Shown here: positions 1 through 12,056 of the stretch, piece by piece
Layout: every line of letters starts with the position of its first letter
Numbering within the stretch: position 1 is the first letter of the stretch
Assembly (NCBI GenBank): GCA_001643675.2
Contig: LSRY02000061.1
Location: 400,227 to 464,226, forward strand
Direction of reading: 5' to 3'
Source: Monocercomonoides exilis PA203
Lineage: Eukaryota > Protista > Preaxostyla
DNA: 64,000 nt
The notes under the pieces: model-generated
Database searches by the model: none
What the model was told of the DNA's origin: nothing
Seen by the model: the letters and a program-made list of their open reading frames with translations, nothing else
Program-made: the position numbers and the translations under genes

Positions 1-843
1 GTTAGATGAAGTGATAACTGTGCCTTATTTAACTTTTGAAGAGGCTGTTGGATTTGAGGTTAAAGAAAAATCAGAAGAAGAAATTGTAGATAACTTCTCA
101 AATTCCAAATCATCATCGGCTTCTTCTTCATCATCTACAACATCTGACGACACTTCAAAAGAGAATAGTTCAGTTCATTCATCAAATGATTCATCATCAA
201 CCACATCATCATCTTCTTCTTCGTTAATTAGCTCATATCTTTCAAAGCCTGTAAATCCACTTCTTGTTATCCCAGAAAGTTGGGCTGTTCGCAAGCGACT
301 GACTGTTGAAGAAATGAAGGAGATATTCGAAGCAAAAATTACTTCTCTTCAGCACAAATCTGCAACAAAATGGAAGCAACTTCTTGATTCGGAGAGAAAG
401 AAGATTGGCATTTCTAACGATTGGGTGCAGAAGTCGCAAGATCTGAGTGAAAAAGACGGTTATGATGACATTCCCTTTGAACATGTGAAGCGAGAGTTGC
501 ACTCGAAATGGGTTGACGAGACAATTAAGAACTCACTGAATGCATTGGATACATATCTGAGGACAAATAGGGAGTTTCAGCGAACCTTGCGGCTTCCTTA
601 TTCGACTGTTGATGATCTTAGACAATTATTAAGAGTTTGTTCATTTTTTATTGGGATTCATATAATTCAGCTCTTCTTCGCAAACAAAAATTCTCATTTG
701 ATGGACTTTTAAAATTATGAATTAACTTTTTTTAGAGAGAAGCATCATACAAAAGATTAAAGCATCTGAGAGAAGAAAGAGATGATTTAATTGTTAGATA
801 CATTTCAAGTATTAATCCAAAATTCAAACACTGGCCAATGTAA
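1..843 (+). CDS. 3' part of a spliced hypothetical protein gene (starts before the window)
   Basis: ORF 11-712 reads well to 634. A GT donor at 635 and TAG acceptor at 735 join in frame to REASYKRLKHLREERDDLIVRYISSINPKFKHWPM*, ending at TAA 841-843. Confidence 0.65.
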
Positions 844-1025
844 GCCAGGTTTTTGAATTTGTTAATTTTATGGAAAATAATTGATTTTCGTTTTCATTGT
901 TGGATTTTGCGTTTTTTTGTTGTTTGAGTTAAGTTATCAGTTGTTTCACTTCAAACAAAAATATCCCTTAATTCTGAAATCTGTTTATCATTTAGTTTTT
1001 TCTTTTTGGATTTATGGAAGAATCA

Positions 1026-4000
1026 ATGGAACAATTGATTCTTTTTTGGGATCAATTGAAGGAAAAAATACCAGTTGTTGAAAGGCATGAAATTAAGCAC
1101 TTGATTGGAGAAAGATTAATTGATGAAAATGAGGTTTAATATCCTTACCAATTATTGTTTTTAACTTAATATTTTCATAAAGAGTCTTTATAAAGAATTA
1201 ATTGGATTACTAGAGATATCTGGAAAGTATGAAGAGTTTGTGGCACAAAAAGTTCAAACCCCTATTGAGCCAAAGCCAAGGTTTGATTTATCAAAAATAT
1301 TTTGACTTTTAGAAATATCGCAAATGCAATTCATTTTATAGACCTATTTTTTCTAAAGAAAGAGATATTTTGGAGCAAGACATTTTACTATTTTTAAAGA
1401 GGATAAGTGCAGTTTGGATTAATATTAATTTTCATAATAATAAATTCAACTTTTTCAAAGCGATTCACTTCACGTTTTGAAGACAATATCGCTATTGAAG
1501 CACTTAGCAGCATCATATCTAAGCCACCTTTTCTTTCTTCTGACAAAAACTTGTTATCTTATTTGACTGCCAATGAAGCAACAAATGTGCAAAGACCTTC
1601 AACTGCTTCTTCATTGCGGATGTCATCAACTTTCTCGCGCCCAAGCAGTGCACTTTCCCTCTCGGGTGGGATTCCATCAACACCTCGGTATTCAAGATGT
1701 TGTTGTTCTTTCACTTGATTTCATCAAATTACTTTTTTTTTTAAAATATATTCAAAATTTTGAAAATTTTCGAAGTGCTCCCACACCTCCATCACTCCCT
1801 CGTCAAGTCACTTTATCGTTTTTAACTCCAAAGCTTATCCATTCTCTAAAGGAAACATTTCAAAGCGAGAACATGCTGCTAAAAGGAGAGATTGAGGAAA
1901 TTAACGAGGCCATAATGATGAATACATCAGCTGAGATAGAAACGAAGCAGTTCGTAAAGAAAATGAAGGAGCTGAGCGATCTGGCAATGAAGCCACCGTC
2001 TTTGGAGTCACTGACGGGATTCAGAACGCGACTGAAAGAGTGGGAGAGGAAAGAGAAAGAGAAAGAGAAAGAGAGGGAGAAAAAAGAAGGGAGAGAAGCT
2101 GATGAAGAAGATGCTACAGGAAGTGATTGGATTCCAATGGCAACTCCAAAAATGAGAGCGATGTCGAAAGACGAACAGAGAAGAAGAAGCTCATTTGGAG
2201 GAAGGCCAACATCGCCAATACTTCGTCAGAGCCTTGAAAAATCTTCTTTTCCTTCTTCTTCTTCCTCTTCTTCTGCAGCTTCTTCTGCTTCCACTTCATC
2301 TTTCGCATTTCCATCTCCATCTTCGCCAGCTAATCCAAACATCCCACAACTTCTTCACGCTCAAAATTCTTCTTCTTCTTCTTCTGCAAATTCCAATCTT
2401 CGCCCCGTTTCCCCTTCTTCTCCGCGTCTTCCTCCAATCAATGTGGAGAAAGCTGACTCTTCTTTTCTCTCTTCTTTGTCTTCTTCTGCTGCCTCTTCTC
2501 TTTCAATTCCTTCTCATTCGTCGCCTTCTGTTCGGCGTGCATCGCGTGGATCTTCGTTTTCTTCCACTTCATCTTCTCTTCTCAACACAACAACACTTTA
2601 TTCATCTTCTCCTTCTGCTTCCTCCTCCTCTTCTTCTTCTTCTGCTTCTGCTTCTTCAACTTCTTCTTCACTTTCACTTCATCCTTCAAAAGTTCGTTCG
2701 CAAACACCTCCATCGAGACAGCCACATCACTCGCTGAACACTTCATCCCAATCAACACCTTCATCCATTCAATCACAAAAGACTCAAAATTCCTCCTCCT
2801 CCTCCTCTTCTTCTTCTTCAGCGATTGTTCAGAGCCAGTTGTCTTCTTCTCACCACAACTCAGCAGTCAGAAGAGGCATCCACAGTGCAGATGAAGTTCT
2901 GTCTTCGTCAAATGACGCTCGTTCTGCCTCTCCAAAAAGACCAGCTTTTTCATCAGCTGCCATTTCACCCAAAAAGAAAAGTGTTCAAACAAACAGAAGT
3001 GTTCAGCCAATTATTCAGTCTGCTAAGCCTCTTTTGAGTCAGAAGGAGAAATCATCAGCAAGTTCATCATCATCATCATCATTTTCTTCTTCTTCTTCTG
3101 CATCTGCTTCTTCTTCTTCTTCAAATGCTCAAACAATATCGCCACTTCAGTCTCTGATTGATCGTCTGTCGATTGTTGACTCATTTCAGACAGCTTCTGC
3201 TTCGAGTGTTGAGTTGAATGCTCCTCAAAATTATTCAAATTTACCTGAAAAGACAACAGAAACAGCTGAGCCATCAAAAGAAGAGGGAAATTATAAATTG
3301 GATGATGAAGAAATAAATGAAGATGAATTAAGTGATGAGGAGGAAGATAATGAAGAAGAAGATGATGAAGAAGGAGAGGAAGGAAGAAGGAGAAGTGCAA
3401 AGGAAGGCGATCGCAATGAAGAAATGAATTTAACAAAAGATTCATCTCTTCGAGACAAAGAAGATAAAAAGCCTGCCATTCTAACACAGCACACTTCTTC
3501 ATTGCAGCCATCACAATCAATTCATTCATCTGCTCATACAAATACTTCTCATTCAACATTAAATACATCCTCCTCCTCCTCCTCTTCTTCCTCTTCCTCT
3601 TCCTCTTCTTCTTCTTCCACCCGTTCCATTCCAGTCACTCCAAAGAAGCATCTTCTGCCATCCACTCCTCAGTCTCTCTCATCTGGCAGCACTTCCTTCG
3701 GCCGCCCTCGTCCCTCTCAAAACACACCTCATCCTTCTTCTCCTCATCAGCCAATCAAACACACAACACAGTCACAAATGCCCCTCTCCACTCAAAAGGA
3801 TGCACATTCAGACAATTCAGAGGTGCTGCCGATGTTGTGGGAAGACGACGAAAGAGTCGGGGCGCTTTTGGCGAAGGAAGGCGATGCTGAACGAGAGAAG
3901 GCGATGGAGGAAGAGTTGGATGTGCTGTTGATGACAGTCAGAGGAGATGGATTGAAGGAGAACGGGAAGGAGAGGAAGAAGGAGAGGAAAGAGAAAGAGG

Positions 4001-5172
4001 ATGAAGAGGAGAAAGAAGAAGAGAAAGAGGAAGAAGCATTTCAAGAAAGTGATGATGATGCTGATGATGGTGGAAAAGAAGATGTAGATGAAGATGATCT
4101 GATTGGAATACATTTATTGAATGAGATAAAAATTGATAGCCAACAACAGAAATCTGTTTTTTATCCTTCTTCTGCAATGTCTTCTCTGCCTTTGTCTTCT
4201 TCTTCTTCAGAAACAACAACAACAACTTCTTCTTCTTCTTCATCTTTGTTATCTTCACCTTCTTCTGCACAATTGTATTCATTCCCTTCGTCTTCTGTTC
4301 TTTCTTCTTCTTCTTCTTCTTCTTCATTCAAAATCAACACACCAAATCAGCTGAAAAGTGGAATTCTGTTTGGTGCTGGTGTTCCTGCTTCACTTGCTTC
4401 TACAATTCGTCCTTCTTCTTCTTCCTCCTCGTTCTCTTCAACACTTCGTCCTTCCTCTTCTTCCTCCTCTTCCTCAAAGCAATCCAATTCAGTTCCAAAG
4501 TCCAGCTATTCTGCCAATCACACACGAAGAAGTGCTCCTTCAATGACACCTCGTCCACACACAACAGCTGTGAGCAGTCGGAACACAATCAACATTTTAG
4601 ATGAAGAAGCAGCAGAAGAGCCAAAAAGAGCGAGAAACGAAGGAAGAGGAAGAGGAAGAAGAGCAAAAGAGGAAGAAGAAGAGAAAGGAGTGATGGAGAT
4701 GGTGCTTGTGGATGGAATACAGAATGTGATATCAGATTATGAAGATGTGCTGAATGAAGAGGAAATGAGGAGGAGAGAAGAGGAGAGGAGGAGGAAGGAG
4801 AGGGAGGAAGACGATGATTATGCAAAGATGGCAGAAGATGATGCAATGGATGGTGATATTTCTGAAGATGATGTTAGTCAAATTAACAAAGAACAAAAAC
4901 ATAACAAGTCTGCAACAAACAAAAAAAAGCAAGCATCTGCAAATAAGCGTGTGAAAAGAGGAGGAAAGGAAAAAGAAGAGGAAGAGGAAGAGGAAGAAGA
5001 GATTATTAGAAGGACAGGCTCATATGAACATTTTAAGGATATTATGCATTTGAATCAGTTAAGCAGAAACCAAAAAACACAAAAGAATATTAAGGGTAAA
5101 TATTTTGTGAAACCTGATGATGAAAAAGCTGTTAATGAAGAAGAAGATAGATTGAAATCGTTCTTTTCTTGA
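1026..5172 (+). CDS. CCDC24-like coiled-coil protein with long Ser-rich and acidic low-complexity C-terminus (multi-exon)
   Basis: Exon 1 from ATG 1026 reads MEQLILFWDQLKEKIPVVERHEIKHLIGERLIDENE, then SLYKELIGLLEI. The large exon has LSFLTPKLIHSLKETFQSENMLLKGEIEEINEAI...PPSLESLTGFRTRLKE. Both resemble my recollection of the CCDC24 domain. Terminal exon lies in ORF 1573-5172. Confidence 0.6.
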
Positions 5173-5805
5173 ATGACTTTCAATAACTTATTGATTTGAT
5201 GCGACTGACATTATGCTTTCCGAATTTGTATTTTCTTGAAATACATGTGAAAAAGGAAATTTTTGTCAATAATTATTTTTATTTTTGCCTTTTAAAATAT
5301 TTTCAGGTAAAGTTCAATGGCCAGTATGCTTTATTTCTTGTGCACTTGATTTTGTTTTCTTTATGAAATTTTCTTTTTTATTGAAATACAACATCAAAAA
5401 TCCCCATAATTAAAAGCTGATTTTGTATGGAAAGCATAAATGATATAACAAGCCCATACAGTGATGTATGCATATTTTTAGAATGAACATCTCTAAGTTA
5501 ATATAAAACTCATTTTTTACCAACATCAAATGTTTTTGATTTTTCTTTTTATCAATCCTTTCAGACAAATTTATCTGAACGAATTAAGTTTTGCTGCAAT
5601 TTGTTTTTATTGTTTTGAGTTAAGTTCTTATTGTTATATTGCTTTTAAAGCACGACTTTTACAGAAGATGATTCTCTGTCCCCTTTTCCAATTGCGTCAA
5701 ATATGGCGTTTGTTTATTCTAATCTTTTTTGTTTTCTCTCCAGATATTTCAAATTCATAAAGAACTTCATCAATTGAGACACAAAATGCTGATGTTCAAA
5801 AGAAA

Positions 5806-6654
5806 ATGTATGCTATTTTGTGGGAAAAGCACATGAAAAGACAGGAAAATGATGAAAAAGAAATTAAAATGGAGCAAGAATTAAAAAGAAGGCAAATCCA
5901 ACGACAAAAACGAAGCATGAAACGTTTTGATAGTGTGCTGTATCGCTGCGACCATTATGCAAAAGTTCCAACATCAAGAAGCGTCAATTTTCTTTCAAAT
6001 TCTATTTCCATCATGCCAAATGATTTTTCGCATTCTTTGTATGAAAGAAAATCTTCAGAAGCTGATCTGTCGAAAGACGCTCCATATAGCTTATCTTTTA
6101 CAAATTTACCTTTCGATTTTCAAGAAAATCATCCTTTCGGTTCTCAAACAAGTAGATCTTTCACTCGTGATAAGCAATCAAGAAATTCCATAACATCAAG
6201 ATCTTACACTTTTGATCATTCAAAAAGCATTGATAACGATTTTGATTTTAGTCGTTCAAACTCTGTGCAATACGGATCAGTTCCGCGTTTGGATAATATG
6301 AACTTTTTCAATGAGCAATCAAGAAACTTGAATTTTTCTCCAATGACACTTTCGAGACAAGGAACAACAGAAGATTTAACTTCAAGTCGATTATATATCA
6401 ACCCTTTGGCAGAACACACTCGGCCGCCATTTTTTGTGAAGAAAAGAGTTGGAGAGATGGAAAGGACATTGTCTGTGAGGATGAATGAAGAAGCAGAGAA
6501 GAAAGGGAAAGTGTTTGAGAGGGATGTGAAAGAGCAGATTAAAGAAGAGGAGAAAGAGGAAGAGGAGCTGAGGAAAGAATGGGTGGCTCGCATGAGGAGA
6601 AATGAAAGAGAGAGAAATTTTGGTATGCAGAGAAATGCTGTTTTTGACGAATGA
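5806..6654 (+). CDS. hypothetical protein (terminal exon; small upstream exons likely from about 5480)
   Basis: 282-aa ORF with coding-like composition and charged coiled-coil ends; ends at TGA. Confidence 0.6.
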   Translation: MYAILWEKHMKRQENDEKEIKMEQELKRRQIQRQKRSMKRFDSVLYRCDHYAKVPTSRSVNFLSNSISIMPNDFSHSLYERKSSEADLSKDAPYSLSFTNLPFDFQENHPFGSQTSRSFTRDKQSRNSITSRSYTFDHSKSIDNDFDFSRSNSVQYGSVPRLDNMNFFNEQSRNLNFSPMTLSRQGTTEDLTSSRLYINPLAEHTRPPFFVKKRVGEMERTLSVRMNEEAEKKGKVFERDVKEQIKEEEKEEEELRKEWVARMRRNERERNFGMQRNAVFDE

Positions 6655-6853
6655 TGGCAAAGAAATGTTGAAATAGTAATCATTTGTGGCAACGTTTCAG
6701 CTTCACAAAGTTTTTGTTTTTCGTCTGTAATTTTATTATCATTTTTCCTCTTCACATTTTATTTGGAATTTCAATGTTTAATTATTCTGCTTTCTTTTCA
6801 TTTCAATTTTTATCTTCTTTTCATCATTTTTACTAGCTCGACGATCTCTTAGT

Positions 6854-7834
6854 TTGCAGCGATCTTTATTAATAGGAGAACCATTTGCACAGAAAAAGGC
6901 AAAGAAGATGGCAGAGAAAGCTCATTTGTGTGACTCATCTGCCAATTGCACTGTTGCAACTTCTGCTTCCTCTCCATTTTCTTCTTCTTCCATTCAAAGC
7001 ATTTCATCGACGAATCATTTTTCTCCGTCTTTGAGATCTTCATTCACGTCTTCTATTCCTTGTATCTCGCAAGCAAGCAGAACGAGTTGTTTTGCTTCTG
7101 CTTCTTCCTTCCCGTCTCGTTCATCTCCTTCGACATCTGCACCATCCGCATCATCTTCATTATCTTCATTATCTTCTATTTCTTCTATTTCTTCTGCTGC
7201 GATGACTCCAAGTTCAAACAGTATTTATTCCATCTCCCCTGTTTTCTATCCACCAACTTCAAAAGCAAAGCATTTGAGTGAAAGATGTGACACTTCTGCA
7301 GCTGATAGACAGCCTTTCATTGGCAAGCATTTCACAGCCAAAACTGCTTTACGTCCATTCAGTGCTCCTCGTGCCATCAGATATGCTTCTTCCTCTTCTA
7401 TTTCTTCTTCTTCCTCCTCCTCTTCTTCTCCAACAGCACATTCTTCTTCATCATCTGAGTTGCCTGAACATTCTAACTGCCTTTCTGCATCGCCTACAAC
7501 ACCCCCTTCGTTCCCGTTTGTGTCTGTGCTGCCGCCTCAGAAGGCTGTTTGTGGTCGGCCTGGCTCATTCACAGAAAGGCCAATGCCACGCAATTACTGC
7601 CACAGGGCGTCTCAGCATCCAACTGTAATGGCTCAGCCTTGTTCGAATGAAGGAGATAGGTGCATCGGAGCTCCGATGCTTCCAGCCACTTCAGATGCAA
7701 CTTGTCAAAACAGAAGGCAGATGAATATCCAATCTGATGATTGCATTGCGAATTCTTCTTCGGCCAAGTCACTTTTTGATGTTATGAAACTCAGAATGCT
7801 TTCTGAATGTGGGAAAACGTTTGCGATTTTTTGA
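6854..7834 (+). CDS. Ser-rich hypothetical protein
   Basis: 326-aa ORF with higher GC than its flanks; no recognisable domain. Confidence 0.4.
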   Translation: MQRSLLIGEPFAQKKAKKMAEKAHLCDSSANCTVATSASSPFSSSSIQSISSTNHFSPSLRSSFTSSIPCISQASRTSCFASASSFPSRSSPSTSAPSASSSLSSLSSISSISSAAMTPSSNSIYSISPVFYPPTSKAKHLSERCDTSAADRQPFIGKHFTAKTALRPFSAPRAIRYASSSSISSSSSSSSSPTAHSSSSSELPEHSNCLSASPTTPPSFPFVSVLPPQKAVCGRPGSFTERPMPRNYCHRASQHPTVMAQPCSNEGDRCIGAPMLPATSDATCQNRRQMNIQSDDCIANSSSAKSLFDVMKLRMLSECGKTFAIF

Positions 7835-9603
7835 AAGATTGTTTTGCTTTTCTAATTTTTAACAATGGATGTCATTTTTGTCTCATTTTTGAATATTTTA
7901 GTCCTGTTTGCCCATATTCATCAGAAGCAGGAGCAGAAATTAGAAAGAACTGTAGAAGTTATCGGCCTTCTCCAAAACTTTATGGACTTGTCAATTCTGA
8001 TAAGCATTACAGAGAAGAGTAACATTACAATAAATGTCATTTCCTATTCGATATATTTATATTTGATTTCAACTATCTACTCTTTTCAATTTGGTTTTCT
8101 TTATTAATTGTCATTTTATCAGAAATTATCTATTTATTTTCTTTCTTTCTTTTATTAAAGCTTTTTAAATTGATTTTTATTTATATTGTCATCTTATTTA
8201 TATGTATAATGTTTTTTTATTTTTTGAACGGATAAATTTTCATCAAATTTTCTTTCTTTTCAGGAAAGATTTTTAAAATCAAAAATGGTTATGCTATATA
8301 TAGTGGTAATAAATTAATGAATATTTGATTTCAATTCTTTATTTTATTGAAATAAATCATTTATATCGAAGAGTTAGAAAAAATATGTTATTTTTGAATT
8401 CATCTTAGGATTAAAAACACGATTTAGTGTTTTCTCTCAAAACAAAAATGAAATCAAATGCACCCCAAATAACGAGAATAACTTTGGATTTCAAACAATT
8501 TCCATCAGCATCACTGCAATTTTTTTTTTTTTATGTTTATGAGAAAAAAATAATTGATTGTTCAAAAAAATGTTTTTTATTTCAATAAACATCGAATTAA
8601 TAAAAACAATTTTTTTAAAAAATTGAACAATAAAAATTGATTAACAACATGTGACTGTCTGATTCGATTCTCCTCATAAAACAGTTTTTTTCTTTTTAAT
8701 AAAGAATTATAATTCAATATTTATCGAGCAAAAAATTGTTTTCTATTTCTTTAGTTTTTCAGTTAACAATTTTTCTCATTTTTTGATCTCTTCAAATGGA
8801 AGCATGGACAAAAAATAAAATATCTCGTGAATGATTTGATAAATGAAAACCGATCAGTGAACCATAAACTTTATATTATTAAATTTTTTGTTGTGTCTCT
8901 GAATTCAATGCAAGTGGAAAACGGAGAAAGTGTTTGAGGTTATTTTTCAGCATAGAATTAACGAAAATCCTTGTGTTGAACCTTGAACGATTGTTTTTAA
9001 AAAATTATCGAAAATAATGTTTTATTTTTTGGTTTTTCTGAAGTACTCAGATGTAAATCAATCCATACAAAAATTACCTCATGTACTACCTCAAGAACAG
9101 CACGACATACTCGACGAACTTGGGACAATTGCTTGGGAAGGTTTGAATTTATGAATAGATGTATTTCTTCTTCATATTTGTAAAAGACATTGGAAGCAAT
9201 GAAAGTCATTTAAATAATTTAACATTAATTCGATATATTTTGGAATCTTTGGCGACTTCTCAGGATGAATCGATAAAGGTTGGCTTTTTTAATTATTTTT
9301 TAAAAATTTCTTAAAAATGCTTTTTTGAAATTTGAAAAGGTGAAAACTTCAATTCTGCTCATATTAATAGGTTATTCTTTGAGTAAAGATCGACCTTTGT
9401 TTCTTGCTCAAACAGTTTTTCCTTCTGTACAAGATTTCATTTTGGTGTGAATAATTTTGTTCGTTTTAAAATTAACTAATTTCAATGAAACAGTCTTCTG
9501 ATTCCGATATTTCTCGTGAGACAATTAAAGGGTTCAGGTATGCAGATTTTAATAAAATGATAAGACCTAATTTATTATTGTTATTAAAATTCTTAGACAT
9601 TTA

Positions 9604-11307
9604 ATGGAAGCAACAATTCCGAAAAAACAACAAACACTTCATTCATTTGAAAAAACAGTTGATGAACATCCAAAATCAACGACTTTTCAAGAAGAAAAAG
9701 ATGAACCGATAACTAATGATAAATCATATTCGCTTCTTTTCAATCGACCAATTAAAGCAACTATCGAATATGTATCTAATGTGCTGAAGTCTTCTACATC
9801 CCCTGATGATCTCAAGCTTGAAGCACTTGAACTGATTTCATCTCTTATCAAAAATGATGTACCACCGAAAGTGTTGAGTTATCTTGAAGTTTTGGTCGAG
9901 GGATTAACTAAGAATTCCGACGAGAGTGAAGAAGTCCAAGTTAAGGCAATTTGGATTTTGATGATCCGTTTTAAGAGGAAAATTTCTGTGAAAGAGAAAA
10001 ATTGCATGACCGGAACCTGCCGTAATATTGTAACCCAAATGGAAACCAACGACAAATCAAAGGAACTGGAAAGGAAAAGCAAGACGAACGATGCACAATT
10101 AAATAAGCCAAAGAGTTTCCATCATCAATTGCTTCCTGTTCATCGAAACAGCCCTCAGTCAACAAAATCCCTTACAAAATTTTCATCTCCAACAACACGC
10201 ACGTCTGGTCAATCCGTCAAGTCTTTTGCATATTTCAGTCCTTCTGGAGCAATTTCACCTTCTTTTATTCCTTTTTCACCAGACAGTACCCAATCACAAC
10301 CATCTTCGCATCTTCTTCCGGGTGCATTGCCTCCTCCTCCTCCTCCACCTTTACTGCATATTAATCATCATCATCATCATCAATCTTCTGATCTGACTAC
10401 AAAAACTTACCAACACGAAACAAGCTCAATTCCACCAGCAAATACTTCTAAGCAGAGTGCTGTATCAGGCAAATCATCATCTATTTCCCCTCCTTTATCA
10501 GCTGAGCCTTCAGCTGCTGTTTTTCATATTCGCAATGAGATAAAAGAGAAATCTGGTGAAAGTGCATCATCTGAAACAAAAGCCAGAACAGAGTCATTTT
10601 ACGCTTTTCCTGTTATTACTCCTTCTGGCCAAGTATCTACTTTTTTTAATAATCATGCGCTTCCTCAAAGTGAAAGCGGTTCAGTGAGCAAGCCTTTTTT
10701 CCACATCTCCCCGCCGCCTCGTATGTCATCTGATGCTTCAGCTCAGCCGGTTTGTGGAAAAGAAAAAACAACTAAGCTGGACTCTCCTCCATGTGAGGCT
10801 GATGGTTTTGTTGAAGTTGACAAGTTGCTTTCCAATCTTAGTAAAAAGGAGAGCCAAAGCTCGCACAGTCCCAGTGACACTCCACGGAGTACGTTTGAGC
10901 TATCGAAGCATATGCCAGATGAAAAAAAGAAACAAGAAGAGAAACTTCTAATCGACACTGTTCCTGAAAGCCCATTTTTGGAGCTTCCAGAAAATGCCTT
11001 AATCGCAACGTCTGAAAATGAGATACCTGAGGATGTTTTGAAAGAATATATGGAAGAAAAACAAAGAAATGAGTTAGACCATATTTTTGCACTGAAACTT
11101 GGTATCATAACGAATGGAAAATGCGAGCTATGCGGATTGAGTGTACCGACTAACAAAGTGAATGAACATATTCAGCTGCATTCAGAATTTGAAGAATATG
11201 ATGAGTCACGTGTGCAATGTCCAGTTTGCGATCGAACTGTGTTGAAATCAGAGTTTGAAAAGCATTCTCATTTTCACAAATTGCAGGATAAAAGCATAGA
11301 TTTATGA
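9604..11307 (+). CDS. protein with helical N-terminus, low-complexity middle and two C-terminal C2H2/UBZ-like zinc fingers (terminal exon; upstream exons about 8790-9540)
   Basis: CELCGLSVPTNKVNEHIQLH and CPVCDRTVLKSEFEKHSHFH motifs; several short GT-AG-bounded exons upstream. Confidence 0.7.
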   Translation: MEATIPKKQQTLHSFEKTVDEHPKSTTFQEEKDEPITNDKSYSLLFNRPIKATIEYVSNVLKSSTSPDDLKLEALELISSLIKNDVPPKVLSYLEVLVEGLTKNSDESEEVQVKAIWILMIRFKRKISVKEKNCMTGTCRNIVTQMETNDKSKELERKSKTNDAQLNKPKSFHHQLLPVHRNSPQSTKSLTKFSSPTTRTSGQSVKSFAYFSPSGAISPSFIPFSPDSTQSQPSSHLLPGALPPPPPPPLLHINHHHHHQSSDLTTKTYQHETSSIPPANTSKQSAVSGKSSSISPPLSAEPSAAVFHIRNEIKEKSGESASSETKARTESFYAFPVITPSGQVSTFFNNHALPQSESGSVSKPFFHISPPPRMSSDASAQPVCGKEKTTKLDSPPCEADGFVEVDKLLSNLSKKESQSSHSPSDTPRSTFELSKHMPDEKKKQEEKLLIDTVPESPFLELPENALIATSENEIPEDVLKEYMEEKQRNELDHIFALKLGIITNGKCELCGLSVPTNKVNEHIQLHSEFEEYDESRVQCPVCDRTVLKSEFEKHSHFHKLQDKSIDL

Positions 11308-12056
11308 GTGCAATAAAATCAAGCATTATTTACGGAGTGATTTACAAACCCAATTTTTTATTTTAGAAAATCCGAACAAGGAATTAAATGAATTATGTTT
11401 GTGGAATTCATGTAAATTTTATTTTTTTAGACATATTATTTATAAACATTATCACCAAGATATCGTTTCACTATTTTTTCCAAATATTTTTCTGACAGTC
11501 TGTCCCAAAAAAATGTTGATCTGTCCTTTTTTAATGTTGAGCATCCAGCAATAAATAAAAAATAAATTTCCCACATTCGCCTTTCGTCATAATTAGCATT
11601 ATCACAACATGGAAAATATTCAACTGTTGGATGCTAGAACAGTCGAAAAGAAAAAGAAAATAATAGAATCAGTTCCAAGATCCTTCAAATTCAGAGTTAG
11701 TGCAGTTTCTTTACCTGCTGTTCATCCTTTTGAAGAACGTATTCATCAAACAATAAAAACGAGAGCAGCAATGAGAGCAGAGGAAGAATGACGAAAGAAA
11801 ATTGAAGATCTTAGAAATGTTGGAATTTTTGAGAATCGAAAAACGAAAAATCCTCATGCTAATGCAACTGATGTGAAAAGAAAAAAATTATCTAATTTTT
11901 TTACAAATCCATGGTCAGGAGAAGAGCGAAACATGGAATGCTAATGAATGCACATTAACAACAATTGCTACAGCCAGGTCCTTGTCGAAATTGAAGGCGG
12001 GAATTGACATTACTCTTCCATTGCATCAAAAAGGAAGAAAGAAAAAGGTCGAGTAT

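Noticed and set aside
2114-4932. Many short overlapping and antisense ORFs
   Set aside because: Shadows of low-complexity TCT/GAA coding sequence.
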